A stretch of 62,026 nt of DNA, the filler included, from Catajapyx aquilonaris (Eukaryota): the NCBI GenBank assembly GCA_000934665.2. It is 2 parts of 2 records of this genome, joined end to end, with 100 filler letters (N's around TTAATTAATTAA, not from the genome) between each part and the next. Parts side by side here need not be neighbours in the genome. Positions count along the whole stretch, not along the records: positions 31,017 to 62,026 come from JYFJ02004609.1; 1 more part is not named here. One strand, 5' to 3'. A model generated the notes under the pieces. It was not told the DNA's origin and ran no database searches. It saw only the letters and a list, made by a program, of their open reading frames with translations. The first letter of the stretch is position 1. Each line of letters starts with the position of its first letter. Position numbers and translations under genes: made by a program. This document shows, piece after piece, positions 52,081 to 62,026 of this stretch.

Positions 52081-52167
52081 GCGTTCAGGACGGATTGGCC
52101 TTGTGTGTCACCATGTTTGATTGCTCAAATGTGTAAGCGAAAAGTAATAGGGTCACTGGGATCATGT

Positions 52168-52512
52168 CGATACCAAAAGTCGACGGAACTCCCAATCAAG
52201 AAACTACCATTCCAACGACTAGTACGAGAGATCCTGCAGGATTTGGAGACTAACCTCCGGGTCCAATGTGGGGCACTTGGAGCCCTGCAGGTATGACAAG
52301 CAACCAATCACCTTAGCTTTGAGACTAATATGATATGTAACGTGTGCATTTGTATGTATGTATGACGCTTCCAGGAAGCGACGGAGGCGTACCTAGTTGG
52401 TATCTTTGAAGATACCTACCTCTGTTGTATCCATGCAAAAAGCACAACAATCATGCCCAAGGACATATCCTTGGCTCTCCGCATCCGCGGTGACTTATGT
52501 CTGAGTGTCTGA
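52168..52512 (+). pseudogene. H3.3-derived histone, copy C (5'-truncated; intron 52291-52374)
   Basis: [81 protein letters not shown]. Confidence 0.9.
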
Positions 52513-52539
52513 TGGAGAAGGAGGGTGACTGTCAAAAAC

Positions 52540-52895
52540 ATGAGTCTCCCTGGTCTCACCTACGATACGGCTTTGCGCATGACTGGTATCTCCATCTCCC
52601 TCTTCACAGACGTCGAAATGTATAAATTTGTTGAGAAGGGTGTCAGAGAAGGATGCGCTTACGTGGGATTGAGGCATTCAGTCGTCAACAACGAGTACAT
52701 AACTGACCCTAACGCCCCCTCCACCTACACTGTCTATTATGGCATGAATAACCTTTATGGATACAGCATGTCCTGGCATGTGCCCATGGGAGGGGTCCAT
52801 CACTCTGGAACCGATCCCCCAGCTCCTGACACATTATATTGGAGACGCCAGAAAACGACGAGTATGGGTACATCCTGGAAGTTGACCTGAAATAT
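52540..52895 (+). pseudogene. Polinton/Maverick polB polymerase-domain fragment
   Basis: SLPGLTYDTALRMTG..LFTDVEMYKFVEKGVREG..NNEY..YYGMNNLYGYSMS..P.GG, then frameshifted GYILEVDLKY. Confidence 0.9.
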
Positions 52896-52909
52896 GCTCG
52901 AGAACTCCA

Positions 52910-53097
52910 TGATTCCCAATAGGAGTACAAGTGACAACCTCTTTATACTAAATGCCCTGGTACAGCACAGGCTGCGGAGGAAGAGTGGGAAAATGTACGC
53001 GATGTTCGTGGATCTTAAATCCACATTCGACAAAGTGGATCGCGTGAAACTTATGACAAAACTGTGGAACATAGGAGAAAAGGGGAAAGTGTGGAGA
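52910..53097 (+). pseudogene. Non-LTR (LINE) reverse transcriptase fragment
   Basis: PNRSTSDNLFIL..MYAMFVDLKSTFDKVDR..LMTKL. Confidence 0.88.
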
Positions 53098-53179
53098 CAC
53101 TCACTCACTTCACCTCAGCAGTTACCCGAGTACAAAGACGCATGGCATGTGCAGATGACATTCCATCCTCAAAGAGGCC

Positions 53180-54098
53180 CATTTACCCTGCGGAGGAAGA
53201 CGAGATGGGGCTGCAAGTAAATGTGCCGTTGTATTGGCCAAAAAATCTCGACGTGTCCAGCTCGAGATACGGCCTCGAGAATTGCAACAACCGAGAGACG
53301 TCTTGTGGCTGCAAATCACATATCAATTCAACTTTGTTGTTGTAAAATGCCTGGATACTGGGAAGTGTAGCATCGGGCTTCATGAAGAGGTCAAAGGGAG
53401 ACCGTCTGGGGCTCTCGCAGTGGTCACCCTGGGATGGTGCCGCTCAGTCGTTCTCACATCAGCAGATGGGCGAAAATTACAATTGGAACATTTGCGAATT
53501 AAAACAGGATTTGGCCACTGCATACCAGTTAAACCACCCACCCCCCAGTAAATGGTTCATCGGGGTTCCCCAAGATGGCTTTGAAAGCAAAAAGCACAAA
53601 TGTCAGACACTCGTTGGTCAGCACGTGCTGATGCTAGTGAAGCCCACGTATATGGATACAACTGTATTCAAAATACCCTCAGAGATATTGAGTGAGTGAC
53701 TTGGAGCAAACACCTGAAGCAAAATATGAAGCTCAGTCATTGGCAGACAAAATGGATTGTCTTGAAACTGCTCTGGAGGCGAAGGTCTGGAACTTAATTC
53801 TGGTGCAGTTCAACAACCAAGTAAGCTTTTCAAGGAGTTGAAGTTGACCTGAAGAAAGTGGTTGATCTCACTGATTCTCTAGAAAAAGCTTCTGGAGTCA
53901 CTGAGGGATAGACATGACTAGTTGGAAATAGATGCCAGTAACTTTTGTGGCAACACAGACCACAAAGCAACTACAGGCAGGTCAAGAAAGAGAAATCAAT
54001 GCTTTGATATGAATCCCACATCAGTCCCAGGAAATTGCCCTGTCTTCCAGAGAAACATTCAGATGGGGAACATTTTCATTTTAGATAAGTTGTCAGCG
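53180..54098 (+). repeat. Composite block duplicated at 55228-56133; includes a hAT transposase fragment (about 53695-54098)
   Basis: Near-identical sequence from catttaccctgc to tgtcagcggc; hAT-like EAQSLADKM..WNLILVQFN. Confidence 0.9.
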
Positions 54099-54741
54099 GC
54101 GGTTCCCATTGTCCTTTTTGACCGTCCCGTTATTTATTTTGTGCGTGCAGATGGAACCAGTGATGAAGAACATCCCCGTACGATTGTATTTGATTTCGAA
54201 GGGTGGGTTGTATCTCCGGTGGGAGGTGTGTGACCTTCCTGAATGACTCTCTCGTCACTGGCCCATTCCATCACCCTTTATTTTTGAGTTGGTTTTGCCT
54301 CCCCCATTTACCAATGTGAGATGCGCCGTTGCATTGGCGAGGTAGACCTATTTTTCCACCGCTGTATATACCGTTAGCTGCAAAGGTCTGTTAACCATCA
54401 TGCAACCTGTTTAATACGTCAATCCTGCTTCACCTTCTTTAGTAACCATAATGCATTGTTCTCACCCTACTATTTAACCAACCGCCCACGTATGCTCCAG
54501 GCCAGTTCCCCGGGAGCATATCCCGGGGGCTGGTCGTTACTCCCGACCTATCACTCTTCACCCATTTCACCTATCCCTTCCTGACTTTTGTTTGTAACGC
54601 ACGTTTCAAGGCAGAATAAACCAAAGTACAATGGACCCACTAGTTTTGATATGTTTCACCTGCTTCGGTGACAACTTCACAGTCTATACGCATCATATTG
54701 CTGCTTCATAACACCACACTCGACAACTGTATGTGTGTGCG

Positions 54742-55231
54742 ATGGGCGCACAAAAGCACAGCAGCCATTGAAGAGGAGAAAGAATAAGAACAAGGTGCAA
54801 CAGAAACAGAACCGGGCGCAACACCCAAAGGAGAGAAAGAGGACAGACAAAAAGAGTACTGACAAGAAGCAGCGATATAGGTAAGTGAATATTACTTACA
54901 TTCAAACTACCATAAAACACTACTCCTTGTATTTCAAGACCTGGCACTGTTGCACTCACAGTCAGAGAAATCCGTAGATACCAAAAGTCGACGGAGCTTC
55001 AGATCCGGAAACTAGCCTTCCAGCAGCGGCTTGTCCGTGAGATAATGCAAAACATTTCCAGCGTAAACCTCCGCATTCAATGCTCTGGGCTGGGAGCCCT
55101 GCAGGTATGACGAGTAACCTTGCACCTTAGCTTTGAGACTAATCAGATGTATGCGTGTGGGTGCGCGCTTCCAGGAAGCGGCCGAGTCCTATTTGGTTGG
55201 GCTCTTTGAGGATACAAACTTGTGCTGCATT
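54742..55231 (+). pseudogene. H3.3-derived histone, copy B (exons 54742-54880, 54939-55104, 55175-55231; 3'-truncated)
   Basis: MG(-1 frameshift)[96 protein letters not shown]. Confidence 0.9.
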
Positions 55232-56235
55232 TACCCTGCTGAGGAGGAAGAGATGGGGCTGCAAGTAAATGTGCCGTTGTATTGGCCAAAAAATCTCGAC
55301 GTGTCCAGCTCGAGATATGGCCTCGAGAATTGCAACAACCGAGAGACGTCTTGTGGCTGCAAATCACATATCAATTCAACTTTGTTGTTGTAAAATGCCT
55401 GGATACTGGGAAGTGTAGCATCGGACTTCATGAAGAGGTCAAAGGGAGACCGTCTGGGGCTCTCGCAGTGGTCACCCTGGGATGGTGCCGCTCAGTCGTT
55501 CTCACATCAGCAGATGGGCGAAAATTACAATTGGAACATTTGCGAATTAAAACAGGATTTGGCCACTGCATACTAGTTAAACCACCCACCCCCCAGTAAA
55601 TGGTTCATCGGGGTTCCCCAAGATGGCTTTGAAAGCAAAAAGACCAAATGTCAGACACTCGTTGGTCAGCACGTGCTGATGCTAGTGAAGCTCTCGTAGC
55701 CTATATGGATACAACTGTATTCAAAATGCCCTCATAGACATTGAGAGTGAGTGACTTGGAGCAAACACCTGAAGCAAGATATGAAGATCAGACATTGTCA
55801 GACAAAATGGATTGTCTTGAAACTGCTCTGGGGGCGAAGGTCTGGAACTTAATTCTGTTGCAGTTCAACAACCAAGTCAAGATTTTCAAGGAGTTGAAGT
55901 TGACCTGAAGAAAGTGGTTGATCTCATTGATTCTCTAGAAATGTTTCTGGAGTCACTTAGGGATAGATATGACTATAGATGCCAGTAACTTTTGTGGCAA
56001 CACAGACCCCAGAGCAACTACAGGCAGGTCAAGAAAGAGAAATCAATGCTTTGATATGAATCCCACATCAGTCTGTCTTTCAGAGAGAAATTCAGATGGG
56101 GAACATTTTCATCTTAGATAATTTGTCAGCGGCTTTAAAAGAACGAAGGGTAGCATACCAATCAGTGTATGACAGGTTCAATGTCATAGTCAACTTATCC
56201 AGTCTACCTCATGCAGAGATGAGGACTGAAGCTGA
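55228..56235 (+). repeat. Second copy of the composite block, continuing further into the hAT transposase
   Basis: ILDNLSAALKERRVAYQSVYDRF. Confidence 0.85.
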
Positions 56236-56479
56236 GGCAGCTGCAGACCCCCGGACAATGCACATTAGATGTCCAAAAAGGTCTGCTAGGAATGTACATT
56301 ATCGCATTTGAATGAACTGAACACCTCGCTGCAAGGGAAGAATAAAACTGCCGGAGCTTTTCGAGGTTGTGAAGAATTTTGCAGCTCCACTCGTCGTATG
56401 GCACGTAGACATATCTGATGGACGCCTGCATGTCCCTATCCTCACCAGTGTGACTTCAAGCGACGAATTAATCGACTAC

Positions 56480-56825
56480 GGACCTTTCGCAGAATTCTTG
56501 TCGCACTTGGAGAAGGAGTTCCGCAATAGGTTTACAGACTCTTTTGTCAGTTTTTCTTTTTTTCACAATGCATAACCCCTTCTCTGCAGAAGAGCACTCA
56601 CAGTCTGCGTGGAGTCCTTGACCATGGCAGGTTGCAACTGGAGACCTGCAAGCACTACTTCAAAACGGAAATCAAGTCGGACCGGACTTTTGATGCAAGT
56701 TCGACAACCAACGGTTTCCGAACCTTCGAAAGGTGGGAATTCAGGTGTACTCCATGTATGGGTCAACATATATTGTTCCGAGAGTGAGTTTTCAAAGACG
56801 AACTTCATAAAAAATAAGTACGCTC
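56480..56825 (+). pseudogene. hAT C-terminal dimerisation-domain fragment (SPIN/GTF2IRD2-like)
   Basis: FLSHLEKEFRNRF..PNLRK..SMYGSTYCSESEFSKTNFIKNKY (frameshifted). Confidence 0.75.
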
Positions 56826-57344
56826 TGAAGCAATCTGTTGCAAGAACACCTGGAAGCCTACCTGCAAATTGCGCAACTTCGTACATTCCAGAATTTGCGT
56901 AGTTGACTCTCCTAATGGGTAGATGCGAGAAGTAGCACGAATGGGACTCCGACATATGGAGCAGGAGGAGAGGGCTGGTGCACATCGCCCAAAGGTTCAT
57001 CAAGACACCCTGCAATTGGTTGCGTCCTCATCCTTGACCTCATGTGAAAGGATACAGTTGGTGTAATCTTAGACTATAATATCAAAGGGAGATGGTAAAC
57101 CCTCCTGCCAATGATGATCTTCAGTATTTTATCTGGGGTTGGGATCATTATTGCATCAGTCACTTGCAAGCTTTCTGAGGTCAACCCCAACAGAAGAGGA
57201 AGCCGCCACTTGCCAAAGCGACGCCGATGAAGAAGATGGCGCGTACATGAAATTTGGACAAACCAGTAAGCTTTCCTTGATTCGTGGGAAAATGGTCCCT
57301 GGATTTACACTTGTTTTTACACATAAAGAATATTCTCAACGAGG

Positions 57345-57565
57345 ATGTCTTTTGAGGTGTGCAAAGCGGCAGCGCACCTGAAGGCTGCGGATTACCCGGC
57401 CTATGAGATTTACCAGGGTGGCTGGCACTTGCAGGTGAAGAAATGAGGGGAGATGCTGTTTGTACACATCAGGATGTATCAGACACAAAACCTGAAGGAA
57501 AAAGGGGGAAAGGGTGGTGTATTTTTCTACAAAATGCTCCCAGCGATTATAGAAGCCCTTCATCC
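57345..57565 (+). pseudogene. PC4-like fragment, copy 4 (diverged)
   Basis: [56 protein letters not shown]. Confidence 0.5.
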
Positions 57566-57629
57566 AGCATTGCTCATGCTAGACTTTCAACACTTCCAAT
57601 CATCCTACCCCATTCAGCCAAACTGCATA

Positions 57630-57788
57630 GTCCAGTCTGCAGCCGTTGGAGCAATCCAGGAGGCAGCAGAGTCATACCTGGTTGCCATATTTGAAGACAT
57701 TAACATGTGCAGCAGCATCCATGCCAAGAGGAAAACCATCACCCCCAAAAATATGATGTTGGCTTGCCGCATTCGTGGTGACACCTGA
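57630..57788 (+). pseudogene. H3.3-like C-terminal fragment, copy D (no intron at Q|E)
   Basis: [51 protein letters not shown]. Confidence 0.88.
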
Positions 57789-59459
57789 TATATTTCTTAT
57801 GATCGAGATCTATTTCTTACACTTGTGTATAATTACGATATGTATTAACAGTGGAGAGCAAATGGATCAACTCGGGCCGCAGGGAGCGCATTCAACTCCC
57901 AATTGACTGCAACCTTGCATAGGCAGTGATTCTTTGCCTGACAATATACTATGTGAAGCACAATATCCACATGTTCAGCAGGGTAGAGCTCGGGACATAT
58001 ATGGGGAAGGTGCAGTTAAGATCCAGCAACACAGCCGTCCAGCACCAATGGCAGCTGGGACAGCATACCTGCCTCCTACTCAGGAGGAACTGGAAGCATC
58101 GGTAACCCTGGTCGAGGTTCAACATGAAGAACCCCTGGTTCACTTTTTGTCGTCAGCTGCATACTTAAGATAGAGGGGCGGGCAGCTGGCGCAACACCAA
58201 CGTGCTCAAGAGGAGGCGGCCCCAAGAGAGGCTTTTAATTCTAGGCCCATATGCCTTTACTACAAGAAGAAAATAAATAACCAGAATACATATTTGCAAG
58301 TGCGTGGAGTGGATTTTTCATGGCTATACGGATATTTATGATGCTGATATAAAATATATAATCCCTGCACCATAATTACACAAGAAATTTTTCAGATTCT
58401 TACAGGGTAAACTGGTGCTTCCCACTGCACTTATTATTATTGCAACTATAAAATACTTTGGTGGTCTGGCTATTGCCTCTTTCAGATGGAAATGGACCAA
58501 AATATTAAAATGGCCCAGGACCATGAAACATTCCGAGCTGCAGACATGAATTGATACAGATGGAGCGGAAACATGACCAACCAGCCCATGTGAATTTCTC
58601 ATGTGTGGCTCATTCTTGGAGCAATTTGCTCCATCACTCAGGCAGGAATAAGGACATCTAGTCATCTCAACTGATGGCGGCAACCAGGCCCATGGGTCTT
58701 CTTCCCAACTGCTACCCTCACGTCGTCCCCGCCAGTACCCCGCAAGGGATCTCTTGATGGTTAGGGGATTGAAGCCCTTCCCTTCCCTCCATCCCACAGG
58801 CCTCCTCCTCATCCCGTCCATCAGGTCCTTCCATACAAGTCAAGGGCAGGAACATTGGCTTCATCCATGTGATTTACTAGGCAAGGTTGGCTATGTAACT
58901 TCATCATCATTACTCATCATTCTTCAAGGCTTTTCCCAAAAGACTCGGGTTGCCAGCGGATAACGAGGATGAGGTCCTCGCTACCCTCACATAACCATTA
59001 TAAAATTTTTTTGGAGACTGGTCGAGAACTAGAAGAAATGGGGAGGGAGGGAATTACAACAGAGTGCCGCATGGTCAGGCTATGCAGGGTTGCCGACTTC
59101 GACGGTGTCCCTGGAGACATCCAACCACAAAGGAAGGGCGAGGCAGGAGTGCCATCTCACTGCTGAGTTGTTGGAACCACCAGAACACCATTACCGTGTA
59201 GGGGACGAAGGAGGGGAGCAAAACCTCCAGGCTTTTGTTTGGAACGCCTTCTACTTGTCGAATCATTGCCAACAGATAAAGCATGTGATATAAAAAAGCA
59301 GATGTGATGCTGTGTGGATGTGCCCTTTCCAATCTGCAAAATAAGAAAAGTACGTATTAATTTTCAATTTATATTTCAGGACATTTAAAAATGGCCATCA
59401 CAACACTTAGCACACAAATCTCATGAAATATTCCATTATCAATACCCCCCTTTTTGCCC

Positions 59460-60000
59460 CAATTGGCGCACCTTCGGCGCTACGCGCTCCCTCCCGGGCC
59501 TACCCAGCAACGCTAGAGAGCTGGCAATAATAACCTGGAGTTCGTCGTCAACAGAGTCACCAATGAAACACGACCAATACCACATCTGCAACAATCAACC
59601 AACCCACCAACCAGCCAATGTCTGGTCCCTTGCAGGTCCTCCTCGGTCTCCGTAACTCTCCGAGGCCCGGTGCAAGGGCAGCCGGCCACCCCACCACTCC
59701 CCCACTCTCCGACGCGAACACAGCAAGTATTTTTATGCAAACATTGGTCAGAGCGAGGTGGCATCCGTTTACGGAACACCCGTGACGTCACCACTGAAGG
59801 TGTGGAGGTTCAGAATGCGCCCTAGCTGACGTATCGTGAAAAAGGCAAAATGAAGCAATAACAGATGACGTAGTAGAGGCGTTGAGTAGGGGAAGAGGAT
59901 TCGAGGGGCTGGGGGAAGCGGGAGGTTGTGGGTGGTGGAGGCGATTGTGGCTCTCGTCTGTCGGCCGCACGGGGCAACTATCCGCGGGTATTTGCGGATA
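59460..60000. promoter_or_regulatory. CpG-rich promoter-like region
   Basis: TGACGTCA at 59783-59790, TGACGTA at 59827 and 59866, several CCAAT motifs, dense CpG. Confidence 0.35.
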
Positions 60001-60200
60001 CACGTTTTTAATATCCAGAACGGCCTGGAAGTGCGAAATATTTTCCATCCTATATCCTATATCCTCGGATTGGGGCTTTATATATACTTGATGGGGCTCA
60101 AAATTGTATTGGCCACTTTATTCTGGTCAACCCTTCGCACAAGCCCCACGTTGAGCAGGTGTGTGTGTGTGTGTGAAGGGTTGCTTCAAGACCAGGATAA

Positions 60201-61725
60201 CAGGGTTGTGAACCGAACCGAACCCTTGCTCCGTGAACCCGATAACATCGAACCCGCTCTGGAGCAGTAGAGTCGGATTCCGGAGCGAGAGTCGGAACGG
60301 GGACGGGTTCAAGCCGGTTCCGGAGTTGAGTGGAGCCAAGGTCGGAGCGAGTCCGGAGCGAGCGCCGGAACGGGGTTCAGGTTCAAGCCAGTTCAGGGGA
60401 AGAGTGGAGCGAAGGTCAGAGCTGGTTCGGAGCGAACGGCTCCGGAGTTGAACCCGGCGTGGGTTCTGAGCGGTTCAAAGCTTGGTTAGGTACAACATAC
60501 CAACCTAACAGAAGGAAAGGCAGTAAAACCGATGGATTTACTCCAGAGTATGCATCATGTTTTCAAGGTGGGAGAATGATATTTCCAAGCACCCGCGATA
60601 CAGGGTGTACCGCAAATGTCACATTTTCATGCCATGTGCATTTTTGTATGCCACAATATGTCATACGCTCTTTTTAAATATTGTTATTTTTTGAAATATT
60701 TTTTAAATATTTTTTTAACGTCACCCCATGATAGGGCCATAGGCCCTTTAGGGGAGTGGAATACCACCATTTTTCCTGCAATTTTCTGCTTTTTCTTCTA
60801 ACTCCGGTGCAAGGATGAAAGGACATGGGGTAAGGATAGGGATGTTGTCATACGCATTTTTGAATGCCTCAATATCCCATACCCATTTTTTGGATGTCAC
60901 ATTCTCATGTCAAATGCATTTTTTGCTTGTTACAATAATATGATGTTGTAACATACAAAAAATGCGTCAGACATGAAAATGTGACATACAAAAATGCGTA
61001 TGACAAAATCCCTATCCTTACCCCATGTCCTTTCCTTGCACTGGAGTTAGAAGAAAAAGCAGAAAATTGCAGGAAAAATTGTGGTATTCCACTCCCCTAT
61101 AAGGGCCTATGGCCCTATCACAGGGTAACGAAACAAAAAAAAAAATCATTTTTAAAAAAATAAAAAATTGAAAAAGTGCGTATGACATATTGTAGCATAC
61201 AAAAATGCGTGTGACATGACAATGTGACATCCAAAAAATGGGTATGAGATATAGTGGCATACAAAAATGCACATGACATGAAAATGTGACATTTGCGGTT
61301 CACCCTGTATCGCGGGTGCTTGGAAATGTCATTCTCCCACCATGAAAACATGATGCATACTCTGGAGTAAATCCATCGGTTTTACTGCCTTTCCTTCTGT
61401 TAGGTTGGTATGTTGTACCTAACCAAGCTTTGAACCGCTCTGAACCCACTCCGGATCACGCTCCTGAACCGGGTTCAACTCCGGAGCCGTTCGCTCCGAA
61501 CCAGCTCCGACCTTTGCTCCCCTCTTCCCCTGAACCGGCTTGAACCTGAACCCCGTTCCGGCGCTTGCTCCGGACTCGCTCCGACCTTGGCTCCACTCAA
61601 CTCCGGAACCGGCTTGAACCCGTCCCCGTTCCGACGCTCGCTCCGGACTCCGACCCTACTGCTCCGGAGCGGGTTCGATGCTATCTGGTTCACGGAGCAA
61701 GGGTTCGGTTTGGTTCACAACCCTG
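60201..61725. mobile_element. 1.5-kb palindromic (foldback) hAT-type non-autonomous element
   Basis: CAGGGTTGTGAACC..GGTTCACAACCCTG termini; 8-bp TSD caggat(a/c)a; arms mirror to a centre near 60940. Confidence 0.88.
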
Positions 61726-62026
61726 CAGGATCAAGTGGCCAAAACAATTTGAGCCCCATAGTACAGCCACTTAAAGAAAAGTCCCAGCCCACTCCGCTAA
61801 ATTTTTTCTCCCCCGGATGCCCATTTCAGGGGGCACTACAGTCAAAATCAAGGGTTTTGTAATCACCAAAAAAAAACCATTCGAGACTAGAAGTTGGGAC
61901 TTCATTTTCATGAATGTACATAAGTCAAAGACCTACTTGCCCAAACCCAGAATATTTCGCTCACCCTGATATTTCCCAGTTGAGAATATGGAAATGACGA
62001 AATATAAATTAATTGCACATAAATAG

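Noticed and set aside
31850..59333. A single intact giant element (Polinton, Helitron or Terminon) explaining the region
   Set aside because: No full-length polB, RepHel or RT and no bounding TIRs; donors span many unrelated superfamilies. Cargo of a non-autonomous Helitron cannot be fully excluded.

Overview
Eukaryotic (invertebrate, probably arthropod) genomic DNA in two parts, joined by an artificial 100-nt linker (N44-TTAATTAATTAA-N44, 30917-31016), so the halves need not be adjacent in vivo. A shared SINE family and a shared repeat suggest one genome. Left (1-30916): the 3' 22 coding exons of the ciliary IFT-A gene TTC21B/IFT139 (+ strand, 5' end outside the window). Its introns are either about 51-82 nt or swollen with tRNA-derived SINEs, mariner/hAT/CMC-type MITEs and foldback elements. 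Right (31017-62026): a minimal hammerhead ribozyme and a long hairpin, then about 27.5 kb of short (0.1-1 kb) abutted fragments with no evident TIRs or TSDs. Donors include YqaJ nuclease, Gypsy gag and integrase, P-element, hAT, MADF, LINE RT, Polinton/Maverick polB and capsid, and an IAP BIR domain. About 26 of the ~28-30 fragments I could assign lie on the + strand. The patchwork samples two genes four times each: an H3.3-derived histone with a novel tail (three copies keep introns) and a PC4-like gene. Best reading (inference): a uni-strand piRNA-cluster-like memory locus, which also records an apparently undescribed histone-H3-carrying Polinton or virus. It ends at a CpG-rich promoter-like region and a 1.5-kb nested palindromic transposon. 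All family assignments are from motif recognition by eye; no searches were run.
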